A stretch of 64,000 nucleotides of DNA from NCBI RefSeq assembly GCF_009914755.1, contig NC_060925.1; one strand, 5' to 3'. The position numbers were made by a program, and so were the translations under genes. This document shows, one piece after another, positions 14,561 through 27,622 of this stretch. A model generated the notes under the pieces. It worked only from the letters and a program-made list of their open reading frames with translations. It searched no databases and was not told where the DNA came from. Position 1 is the stretch's first letter. Every line of letters starts with the position of its first letter. Source of the DNA: the human T2T-CHM13v2.0 reference genome, Homo sapiens.

Positions 14561-16101
14561 AGAGGATCATTTGCATTTGACACTGATCTAGAGGATCTGA
14601 GGGAAAAACATTGATTTGGGCTGTGGTAGGAAGTGAGAAAGAGAGTGAAGATGAGGTTCCCTGAAGATATTAAACAATCATGTGCCAAGTTGTATACTAG
14701 ATACTTACATATATATAAGTCATCCATATATAAGTCATCTGTAGTACTCAAAGACAACTATAAGGCAGGTATTAAAATTCCTATTTTGCTGATGAAGAAA
14801 CTGAAGCTCAGAGGCCTTAAAAACTTCCTGAAGGTTCTGCAGTAAGCAGTACCTCTCAGAGCCCATGGTTCTCCCACTGGCCCAGGAGGCATCAGAAAGG
14901 GTCTGTAAGAGATAATGTAGAAGAGCATCTTCTGAAGATTGGGGCCAGAATCCCCATAAGCTGAGCTAGCTCAGAGAGAGCTCAGAGGATGGGCTGCTGA
15001 AGGTTTCATATGGTCCAAAGAGGCCTGTAGCATTGAAAAATGGCACCAGGTGAAGGATGGCATTGCCAACTCTGGCTTCCCTGTTGGTGTGTTTAACTCA
15101 TTCCTGACTCCATAAATATTTTGTTAGAAACAAAACAAAACAAATGTATTCAATATTGCCATTGGATAATAAGCATATTATCAAGCAATACAGTGTTGGG
15201 CAATGCAGAAACTCTAAAATGTAAGAAACATAGTGATGACTACAGGCCGAAAACATTGGGTTCATTGCACCTGTTCCAACTGCATCTATATTAAGGTGCA
15301 AGCTTGGCTGTACATTACAGTCACCTGGGAAACTTAAAAAAATCCTCGTACTCAGGCTGCATGCCAGATCAGTTCAATCAGAATCTCTGGGGCAGGGGAG
15401 TGGGGTGAGAGTGGGATCCAGGCACCAATATTACTTTAAAAACCCCCCCTAGTGATTCCAATGTGCCGAATGTGCAATCAAGTGTGTGAACCTGTGCTAC
15501 AGAACTAGAGAAGGCAAAGAAAATGTTGTAGCTCCCAGCCTTTCAGCCAGGCACCAGAGCTCACAGGCGGAGACCAGGAATGGAAGAATTAATGTTAACA
15601 ACCACCATTTACTGAGTACTACATGCTAAGGACCATATACTCCTCTTATTTAATCCTTGTAGCAATCTCTGTAAGGTAGGTAAAATTATGAATCCACATC
15701 TTGAAGATGAGAAATTGACACTCAGAGATATTAAATAATCTAGCCAAGGCCACAGAGCTAATTAAGTGGTAGAGCTGGGATTTAAACTTAAGTCTTCTGA
15801 CAGTGATGTTTCCTGGTTATTATGCCACATTGGCCAGGGAGAGATCATATGCAGAAATCATACAGTTTTAATACCTTTTTTTCTACTGCCCTGCCAATTT
15901 TACATAGGCTGCAAGGGAGCCCAGATAAATGAAATTCTGTGTCTAAAACCAAATAATTCGCTGGTGGCCGGGCCAGTACCAGAATACTTAATCTTATCAT
16001 TATTCCACCATACTTTGCTGCTTCTCTTAGCTTTTCTGCAGAAACAGGACCAATCTGCGTCATAGCTAGAAATAAAGCCATGGCCAGAAGCCCTCCTGTA
16101 A

Positions 16102-16494
<393 letters not shown>

Positions 16495-17124
16495 GCAGGA
16501 TCCTAGGAGCCTCTATGCACAGCGATCCTTCCATGTGTAGAGTGCTTAGAAACCCCATCAACTGATCTAGTGAGTCAGACTGTGGAATCTCCCTTCCCAC
16601 TAGCTGGAGGTGGAGGTGGGTTATTACAGAAGTCATACTGGGAGAGGGTTCAGTTTGGATGATGCTAGTTAGATCATTTGCATCTCTCCACCATTTTCTT
16701 CTGCACTCCCATTTTCTCTGCAGCTTATTCTTGCCATGCTTAGGTGACAGAAGTTTGTTAAGTACCATCCTTGTGCCCTGCCTCTTATTCTCAAATCGTT
16801 CTGGAAAGCCTCACTTCCTTTTCTGTGGAGAAGGTGCAAAGCTGTTAAATGAGCTCAGAGTTTACCTAGCTAAGGCCACTGCTTCCTGCTTTGTGAAGCC
16901 TGGAAAGTATGTGTGGCCACAGGGCTCAGGTTCACACTTCTGCTTTGAGACCAGGATGGGGTGTAAGCCATAGAGTAAGGTTAACAAAAAGAATAAAGCT
17001 AATCATGTATTACAAACAGCAGTGTGCCCAGACTTGTGGAAATGAAGTCATGTCACTCCTCTGCTCAGAAACCTTCAATGGTTCACCATTACCAGTGGAA
17101 TGAAGTCAATTCTCCTCACTATAA

Positions 17125-17435
17125 CTGGGTGTGGTAGTTTAAGCCTATAATCTCAGCCCTTTTGGAGGCCAAGGTAAGAGGATCGCTTGAGGTCAGGAGT
17201 TCGAGACCAGCTTGTGCAACAAAGTGAGAGCCTGTCTCTACAAAAAATAGTCATGCACACAAAATTAGCTGGGCATGGTGGCCTGTGCCTATAGTCCCAA
17301 CTACTTAGAGGAGGATCGCTTGATCTCAGGAGGTTGAGGCTGCAGTGAATTATGATTGTGGCATTGCACTCCAGCCTGGGTGGTAGATCAAGGCTTTGTT
17401 TCATTTGAAAAAAAAGAAAGAAAGAAAGAAAGAAA
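17125..17435 (+). mobile_element. AluJ in the TBX19 3' UTR
   Basis: diverged dimer, (AAAG)n tail. Confidence 0.85.
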
Positions 17436-17439
17436 TCCT

Positions 17440-17915
17440 ACTACGAGCGATCACACCATCTGGCCTGAAACCACTTCCCCAGCTTAGGTCCCTCTGTTAT
17501 CCTGTTGGCCTCCTATGTATTGGTCAAGGCAGGCATCTCTGTTCTCTGAACATTCATTGCACTTTCCCACCTCTATACCTTGCCTGTGCCTTAGTGTCCT
17601 CTTTTTTCCAGTTCACCTGTGCGAATCCGACCCACCTCCCAGAGCCTGGCTGAAACGTCACTCCCTGCATCCAACATCTGATCTGCTGAGATATGTCTGA
17701 TCTATCTCTGCTCGCTGTTCTCCCGTTGTTTTTGCCTCTGCCATAGAGCTCACCTCATTTTGCCTTGTATTTTTGTTACCTGTGAGTGTGTCTCTCCCTA
17801 TTAGACTGTAAGCCTCTCGAGGGTGAGGCCTAGCCTTCTTGTCTTTGTAACCCACAGCAGCTGGTACTGTGCCTTGCCTATTGTAGGTGCCCAATAAACA
17901 TTTGCTGAACTGAAT
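17440..17915 (+). mobile_element. L2 3' end
   Basis: tagactgtaagc...gagggt...gtactgtgccttgcctattgtaggtgcccaataaacatttgctgaactgaat matches the L2 terminus. Confidence 0.75.
17893..17898 (+). terminator. Polyadenylation signal AATAAA, probable main TBX19 site
   Basis: upstream TGTA motifs (~17807, 17846, 17882) and downstream GT-rich tract ttggtgtaatgtgcatgtgtg. Confidence 0.7.
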
Positions 17916-20301
17916 TGGTGTAATGTGCATGTGTGCTACAAGGACGGTGTGAAGTGGCTGGGGGGCAGATCTCAGAGACACATGCCCCATGACACATAGG
18001 TGCATCCGTGTGGGAGCCTAGGAACATGCTGGCTGTTAGTTACACGGGCTTCTCATCTGAGGCACCACCAATTGTCAGTGAATGACAATCATATATGGAG
18101 ACAGGGTGTGTTAGAGTGGTTATTCCCAAATACTGGTTCTTGGATCCCCTAAGTCAGGATCACCTGGAACAGGGGACCCTTGCTAGACATACAGATTCGT
18201 GGGTATACCCCGTACCTGTTGGATCAGAATCTTTGGGGCTGGCGTTCAGGAATCTGCATTTCAAACAAGAGCTCCAGGCATTGGCCCTGGGCTAGGTTTG
18301 GAAACTCCTTGCCTAGAAGAGAGAAACAGGATGATAAATACTCCAGGAACCTTATTTCAGATGAGTTTTTACCTCTGCCCCAGCCAAGGTCATTGCTATA
18401 ACCCGTGAGCAGAATCAGTTTCGTGAGTCTTCCTCCTCTTTTTCTACCTACTACTGGATGTGCTAATAACCTTGGGAGTGAGGTTTCCAGACCTGGGTGA
18501 TGAGCAGTTCTCCAAACATTGACTTTAGACTGCACTGGCTGAGCAGCCCTTCTCAGGGCCGCCACTTGAGGAGTCTGAAGTTCCACTTGGAGCCTAGCAT
18601 TGGCTCAGCTGCTTCCACCACTATTCCATCAGCTGAACCCGTGCAAACCCAGCCCACTCCAAGGCTTAGTCTGAGGGGTCCAAACATGGTACTATTGAGT
18701 CCTTGGCTCTTTCTATAGCGAAAGGTCCTTTAACATGCTATGGTGTCACAACTGGTGTCACTGCCCAATATTTCTGTGCTGTTCTGTTTTTTGGATCTCA
18801 GGAAACAATACTACTCCAGCTACGTGGTGTCCAGGGAAGACTCATTGCCTGACTTCAGGTTGCCTGGCCAGCGCTCTGGGCCACTAGTTGGCGTGTGAGT
18901 GGCCAAGGCACAATGGATCCATGCATTTGGAAAGCTGTCTGGTCAGCATGCCCCTAAGGCAGCATTGTTCCTGTTTCCCAGTCCCTTTACAATACCATTA
19001 GAGGTCACTAAGGTATTAATATATTAGTATCTCTGCAAGACAGTACTTTGGTAAGTTATAACAGATGGTCATTTCTCAATCTGCTAGAACTTTAGGCTAC
19101 TGTGGCCTGTAATTGCCACAGCAGGTCTGACCAAGGCCTCTTTACTGGTCACTGCAGCAAGTCTTGGCACCAAGTCCTTCACATGTCCTGTACCAAGAGC
19201 TCAGCAAGTGTAATTAGGGAATAAAAACCCACCTTGAGTCTCACCCTTCCTGCACTTCCCCTAGCCTGGAGCAGACAGAAGACCTGGCCCAGGGGCACAG
19301 AACAGAAAGAAGCTCGTAGCCTCCATTATATTTTCATTTATATTGCTCAGGTGAATGGGGTCCTCTGCAGCATGATAACATGAGCATTAGCTGAGTTTGG
19401 GGTGATCACGTCTCTCCGTCTTGTAGGATACTCAGCTTGGAACCTGCTGTGATTCTTAAACACACACACCATGATAGCTGGTTCCACAAATAGGATCTCT
19501 ATTTGCTGTTAGCTATCTAGCCAGAGACACTTTCTATTTTTTTCTTTAAATAGTCTAGGGCTAATTTCTGATCAGAAGAAACAACACTAGTTACATAAGT
19601 CAGTTTAGTAAGTGACAGATTAGCTTCTGTAATGTGTTAGACAAACTTTGGAGTTTTGTATACCATTTCCTTGCTCATGTATCTTCTCTACTCAACTCAC
19701 TATAAAACAAAAATGGTGCCTTTCAGGTTTTCTGGACTATTTCATGAAATTTAAGAGAAACTGAAATCCCACCTGAATAGAAGAGTTATGCAATACTTTT
19801 AGCCAGATGGTAGAGATTCTAACTCTCCCTGAAGCCTGGCCTATTGGAAAGTGTCCCCTACTGTGGGGCCTTTATTTGAGTCTGTGTGACCTCACCAGCC
19901 CTCCCTTCCCTGGATGAGCCAGCCTCATTACCAACCACCTCTGTCCACCATGCTTAGCTAGATGCTTATGGGAAACTGCTGATTCCCTTCGTGTCACTTG
20001 GTGGACACCCCCCAGAACTGGATGGTGGTCAAATTAGGGGAGGAATGTTTTCATCACCTAAGTTATTAAGAAAAAAACTCAATAAAGGATATTTGAAGCT
20101 TGGTAGGTCTTCACCACTTTCTTCAAGACTAGAATAGATTTGAGTGAATATCAGCAAGTTAAAATGTCACATTTGTGAAGAATATGAATTCTGTTTTACG
20201 GAAATTGTGGGTCAGCCAAAGTAGGGGATGGCAACTGGGGCATTCAAGTGGCCCTTCTTTCAACTCCTTCCTTTTTATTTTCTCCACCCATTCCCACTTT
20301 A

Positions 20302-20413
20302 TTGAGCCACTTGTTGGCTACTGGCCAGGTTGGTGAACAGAGAGAGTACGGGCATCCTTGAGCCACTTGTTGGCTACTGGCCAGGTTGGTGAACAGAGAG
20401 AGTACGGGCATCC
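20302..20413. repeat. Perfect 56-bp tandem duplication
   Basis: 20302-20357 is identical to 20358-20413. Confidence 0.97.
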
Positions 20414-20583
20414 TGGAACAGAGGTTAAGGTAGGGATATGTGGTGCCACAAAAGATATAAAGGAACAGCCTCTGTGGTCTGAAGACACCAAAACTTTTCC
20501 ATCATCATCATTATAGACACATCTATGGGGTAGTCTGTCCAACCCCCCAACCTTCTAGGAATAGAACCCCCCCAAACTCTTGG

Positions 20584-21065
20584 TGAAACTACCTTTTTGG
20601 AATAAGTAATGAGAGAAATCTAACGTGACTGACTCCATCTTGCTTCTAACCTCACAGGCTAAATTTCTTTTTTTTTTTGTAGACTGAAGCTGCGTTCATA
20701 AGACAAGGCTAAAATTGTGGTAGGGCCTTGGACTTTGCTGTAGAATAGGCATAGTTAAACCATGACCTGCCATCGCTTAGTTTGTTTTTCTATAAGTTGT
20801 TTACTGCCCCAGAATCACAAAACTGGGGGTCACATGATTTATAACTCCCCCATCTACTCCTATAGCTAACATCACTATTGTGAAACCTAAAGAACTGGTC
20901 TTTGAGATATCTTTCAGATTTAGCATTGTGACAAAACAAGAGATGCCACCTGGTCCTGAGGCCCTCTTCCAGGAACTGACTCAGCCACACGAAGACAGTT
21001 TTAGGTGTCCCTGTGATTTCATCTCCAGCCAATCGTTTCAGTTCTCCAGCCCCCTTCCTGCCAAA
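20584..21065 (+). mobile_element. LTR8/MER4-group LTR fragment
   Basis: tgaaactaccttt...gactccatcttgcttctaacctc. Confidence 0.65.
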
Positions 21066-22298
21066 GTACCTAGGCTACTGAAATAAAACTGGCGTCTGGG
21101 AAACCCGGAGGCCAGAGCAACTGGTCAGGCCCAGGTGAGGACTTAGAATTCAACTAGTTGGGAGTGAGAAGTTGGTCAATCTCTCATTCTCAACATGGAA
21201 ACATCGGAAATTCACATTTTCTGGTCATGACCACTCTTATTTGGAGCACTTTGTAGGAGTAACTGTGTGTGTTTATGTGTGTGTGTGTGTGTGTGTGTGT
21301 ATGCACAAGTATGTCTATTTAGTGATGAGTTCCCTGTCCCTAGAGAATAAGTCAATAAACCTTTGGGGTAGATTCACTTTGTTCTGAAAGAACACTTTTT
21401 AGGGGGTGGAGTTTGGGGAGGAGTGTTAACAAGGAGTTTTGGGTTAACCAGGGCTGGTTCTGGAGGATGGAGCTGTGGTATCCCTCCTACATACTTATTA
21501 GATGGGGAGGGCTTGGAGCTTGGAGGTTGCTGAGGAGGAATCAGACATATTTTAGGTGGGAACGTAGTAATCTCTTAGAAGGAAAGACCTTTTCTATTTG
21601 TGGTTAAAATGTAGTGAAATATATTGGATGGCTTGGGTTAGCCCAGACCAAGGTTGGGCAGCAGGAAAAGTATATTTCCTCTAAGACAAAATTATATTAC
21701 CACAATGGGAGGAGTAGTTTGAATGGATGACTGGTTTCCACACAAGAGCAACTGGAGGTAAGAGATGCTCCTGGACCCAATGTGGACTTATGCAGCCACC
21801 TGGACACTGCCATGCCTTGAGAAAAATGGCTGGTGTGTGGGTTAAAAGAGTGGATCCTCAAGCTTTAACACTTGGGGCCTGGGCTAAAGTTGCTAAGTGG
21901 GATATGTTGGGGGAAAATGTCCAGGGTTGTAATGACAGGAAGTCATGAGAGATTGAGGATACTCCATGGATTTCTGTTAACTTGAGCAGGTGGGTGTTGA
22001 TGGTTACTAGAGTTAGAAATTTAAATTAGAGAAATGGCTAATTGTGTTATTACAGGGTGGATGACTGTCTTGGTTATACTTGAGGACAAAAACTGTCTTC
22101 CATTGCTGTACCTCCAACACCTTGCACATGTGCCTGGTAGGTACATGGTAGGCACCCCACAGGTATTAATCCAGAATTTTTAGAAATAATCCTTAGCAGT
22201 ACTTGGAAATTTTAGGTGGGGAAACATGTTTGGTTTGATAAAAAGTTCTTTGTATATTTTTGTCAAAGTTGTGTCTTTATAAGATCGTATTTCTTTAG

Positions 22299-22611
<313 letters not shown>

Positions 22612-22619
22612 ACAGATTA

Positions 22620-23090
22620 TTATTTTTAATAGCTTTATTGATATATAATTTACACAGCCTATTTAAAGGGGAAATTCATTGGACTTTTCTAGTATATTTA
22701 CAGAGTTGTGTGCCCATAACCATAATCTAATTTTAGAACATTTTTGTCACCCTACAAAGAAAGCTTATACCCATTAATAGTCACTGCCCACTTCCTTCCT
22801 ACTCACCTCCACCCCCTCCCCTAGGCTGCCACTTATCTCCTTTCTTTCTCTATAGATTTCCCATTCTGGACACTTCATTTGGCTGGAGTCATGTGATGTA
22901 TGGTCTTTTGTGACTAGCTTCTTTCACTTAGAGGATCCTTGATGCTGTGGCGTATATCAGTACTGCATTCCTTTTTCTGCCAAGTAATATTCCATTGATA
23001 AATACAGCCACATCTTTTTTATCCATTCATCAGCTGATGGGCATTTGGGATGTTTCCACTTTTTGAACATTCATGTATGAGTTTTCGTAT
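22620..23090 (-). mobile_element. L1MB-like 3' fragment
   Basis: agctttattgatatataatttacaca...ccattctggacacttcat...atccattcatcagctgatgggcatttggg. Confidence 0.7.
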
Positions 23091-24917
23091 GGGATAGATA
23101 CTATTTATCATTTTCCTCGTCTTACAGATGGAGGGAGCCAGCTCAGACAGCGTAGATGGGGTTTTCAGTGTAACACAACTAGTAGGGGCAGAATTCAGAC
23201 CTACCTGACGATGAAGTTTTTGTTCCCATTCACAACCCAATGTCACCCTGTACTGAGGATTGTCCCAAGCAGGAGCAGTTACGTTACTCAGCTGGCACTT
23301 CCCCTTGGTTTCCTGTTACATTTACATCAGATTCCCAGGGCTGCGGTGGCGATTAGGGAAAAGAGTCTGTGTTCACACTTGGGAGGAGGCTGGGCGTAGG
23401 GCGTGGGAAAGCGGGAGACAGGGAGATCGTGGAATGAGCAGGGCTTCATGGGCCAGGGACCATCTGGGGCCTAGTGGCAGATTGCTGGTCTTCCAAGGAC
23501 TGGATAGCATCTCTAGGGCATTTCCAGAAACCTTTTGGGGCAGATTCTGGTGAAAGTCTGAATTTCCTGGAGAAGGAGAATGTGGGTAAGAGCACATTAT
23601 AATTTGATTAAGAGCAATGTGATCTCAAAATCTAATGAAGCCTGGCAAATATTGATTGGTATTGAGGTGATTGATTTTAGGATAGACATTTAAAAAAGTG
23701 CACTTATTGACAACAAAACAAAAATGTGTTGTAGCCAAAGCATTCAGAAATCCAAGACTTAACTTTGCAGTTTTAAAGTTCACAAATGTGATGAAAGGGA
23801 GAAGGACTTTGTAATCTTTATAATGATTGATTAGACTTTGAATTGGGAGCCCGTATGTGTAAGTTATGCTACGGTTTGGTCAGCCTGCTGCCAAGTCAGT
23901 TACCAGCAAGATGATGCCATAAATTTCTTGCTCTGCAGAGAGGATAAGATATAGGGACCATTGATACTTTCTTGTCAGTGCCTCAGACTGAGGGGCTTCC
24001 TGGGATATAGGCATTTCAATTTAAAATTTCAATTTAAATGGAATAAACTTTCCATTAATTTCCATTTATTTCCAATAAAATTTCCATTTCAATTTAAAAT
24101 GGAGACAGCCTGGATTTTCCCAGGATGAGTTGGTCAACCTGTAACATTGGACGCGTACTTGTGGAGTCCAGAATCCTGCTGTGTTGACCACATGGGGAAT
24201 GAATATTTTTCTGAAAAGAGATAGGGCAGAGATGAGCAGAGAGAGTAGAAAAGCTAACAGCTGGCCTTAAATTCCTACGGTTGCACTTTTCTTAGCATCT
24301 TGTAGGTGGGTCTATTGTTTAGCACAATTATTTACAGAAGGCAAACTGTTATGTAGAGCAGCTAGAAGCATTGGTTGCAGTAAAAGCAGCTGTTTTATTT
24401 CATCGTAGACAATCCTGTTTATCTCTCCCAGCCCTATCAAATGTACCCCGCCAAATACTTGGCTATGATCTGAGACCTAGGAAAATAGCATGTGATCTCT
24501 GTCTCTCACTTTTTTTTTTGGCATGTGATTTTAAGATTTTCATCTTTAAAGTTATTGTAAAACTCAAGGCCCAGAGCATGGCCCAGAACTAGTGGGAGTT
24601 CACAAAACAGATCAAGAATCAGAGTTGGTGAGTCATGCAGGCTCACAGCACTCTGAAACACAGGGATAGGGCTTACTCATCAGTTCAGACATTAGGCGTT
24701 CCAAAGGAGGTCCTGGGGGTGTGGTGATGACATTGCCCAGGATCAATTATTTAACTGTTGTTTAAGAGGTAGGAACCTCATCAATGGGTTTACATAGGGA
24801 GGAGATAGGAAGTAGAGAAAGCAAAGCGTTCTTCCAGTGCCCTGATCTCTTTCCATGTGGGCTAGTGCCTCATAAGTCCAGAGAGGTTACACTATAGGTG
24901 GGATAAGGGTAGAATAA

Positions 24918-25250
<333 letters not shown>

Positions 25251-27299
25251 GCAGCACTTTCTTGAATGTTCTCAGAGTTGTACATAAACCTGAGACATCA
25301 GCAACTTCATAAGTAAGGTCTTTGGTATACGCAGAATTTTATATACACTTAGGGTAATTTTTGGGAGGTGAAGAGAAAAAGTGAGGGGAAGGGATCCATA
25401 GCTTTTATTAGATTTCCAGTGGGATCCATCATCCCCCCAAAATTAAAATCTACTGCTCTATATGTTCTTCAAATGATATGCTCAGCTCATAACTCTAAGT
25501 TTCTATGTAAGTGCTAAGAGCTTATAAATATTCTCCAGCTAGACCTCTTCTCTTGATTCTGGATTCCATGTATACTACACTACCACCTACAGGACATTTC
25601 CACTCTGTGTCCTATGGGTGCCTCAATGTCAACACACCTAAAACTCAATAATGGCTTCTCTTTCTATATTACCCATTATAGATGATGGTAGATGAATGAC
25701 ATCACCATTTACCCAGGTACTTAAGTCTCTTTCTTTCATTTGCCACATTTGATTAGCCACTAAGCCTGGTCTCTGCTACCTCAGAAATACTTTTCAATTT
25801 AACCCTACCACTTCCTTCTCTCAGTCTCAACTGCTACATCCCTCCTGTAGCCAGAAATGAAAATCACAGTAATAAGCCTTGCACCCCAACTGAGAAAATA
25901 CTTTAAGTCACAATAGCCTAAAGTTCTAGCAGATTGAGAAATGACCACCTCTTATAACTTACCAAAGTACTGTCTTGCAGAGATACTAATATATAATACC
26001 TTAAAATACCTTAGACAGCTGTTCACTTATGTCTAACAAAATAAGTTAGAATTTATTTTGAAATATAGGTGAATCTTTTGTGTATCCAAAGACCAACTTT
26101 AGGCTCCTTTGTGAGTTTTGGAGCCAAAGAGAGGAAGCCTGGAATGGAGGCTCCGTTGGCAAAAGGAAATAAGGTTCTAGAAATGCCACTGTGTAAGGGC
26201 CTGGGTGAGTAGAGATTTATTTATTTTTTAATTTTATTTTCTAAATGATGAATAATAATTGTACATATGTATGGGGTACACAGTGATGTTTTGATACGTA
26301 CAAGGTAAAATGATCAAATCAGAATAATCAGTATATTCATCATCTCAGACATTTATCATTCCTTTGCGTTGGGAATGTTCAGTATCCTCTTTTTAGCTAT
26401 TTGAAACTATATAATACTGTTAACTATAGTCAACAGTGCTCTAGTACTCTAGAACTCCTATCTAATATAACAGTGCCGCAATGAACATCCTTGTACATTT
26501 CTCTGGTGAACATACATGAGAGTTTCTGCAGGGTAGATACCTCCAAGTAGAATCCCAGACTTAGAATACGTGTAGCTCAACTTTTGCAGGTATTGTTCAA
26601 TTGTTCTCTAAACTGGTTGCATCAATTTACAATGTAAGCAGTAATAAATAAGTTTCCAATCTTGCTATCACCCTGTGTTACAAAGCTACATCATGTGTCC
26701 CACCACGCCCAACTAATCTTTTTTATTTTTCGTAGAGATGAGGATCTCATGATGTTGACCAGGCTGGTCTCAAACTCCTGGGCTTAAGTAATTCTTTCAC
26801 CTCGGCCTCCCAAAGTGCTGGGATTACAGATGTGAGCCACCATGTCTGGCAATACACCATACTTTATTTCTCTTTTTGATAGGCGTTCTAAAAATGTATG
26901 TATTAGAAGTCCTGTGTTTGTAAGGCAGAAACCCTTAGCAACACCATAAGCAGCAAATACACTTGTAATGTCTCGGATATAAAAGAAACTTAATACAAGT
27001 CTCCCTAAATTTGACAATTTTAGAAATATACATGAAATTAGCAACAACTGCTTGTGACATGGAAAGAAACCGTTCTAAAATATTAATACCCCCAAATCCC
27101 ACCACGTTAAATCTTGATTAGTCATTTTAGAGATAGACTAAATTACTTTTCTAGTTTCTCTATGGAAAATAATATTACAAAAATCACTGTATGAAAAGGC
27201 AATCAGAGTATATAGCTAACAAACATTGGTACTAAATGAATGTAATTGTTATGTCATTTCTGGCAACATAGAATCAAGGCACCTCCCAGCCTCTCCTAC

Positions 27300-27601
27300 A
27301 GATGTGTGTGCTATTTCCATGCCTTTTCCTGCCTTATGGTGGCTGCTGGCAATTTTGGCATTCCATGGCTTGTAGATGCCGTACTCCAATCTCTGCCTCC
27401 ATTATCACCTGGTGTTCTCCCTGTGTGTCTGTCTGTTTCCTCTTTTTATAAAGACACTAGTCACTGGATTAAGGCCCATCTTAATCCAGTGTGATCTCAT
27501 TTTAACTAATTATACCTGCAAATATGTTATTTCCAGAAAGGTCAAATTCTGAGTTTCTGGGTGGATATGAATTTTGAGGGACACTATTCAACCCAGTACA
27601 G
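27300..27601 (-). mobile_element. MLT1 (MaLR) LTR fragment
   Basis: ggcattccatggcttgtagatg...ttataaagacactagtcactggattaaggccc...ggacactattcaacccagtaca. Confidence 0.7.
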
Positions 27602-27622
27602 AGTATAAGCAAACTGTCCGTG

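Larger units (their letters stand above)
16495..17915 (+). other. TBX19: TBX19 3' UTR (end inferred)
   Basis: runs from the stop codon to AATAAA at 17893; contains AluJ and L2 fragments. Confidence 0.7.
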
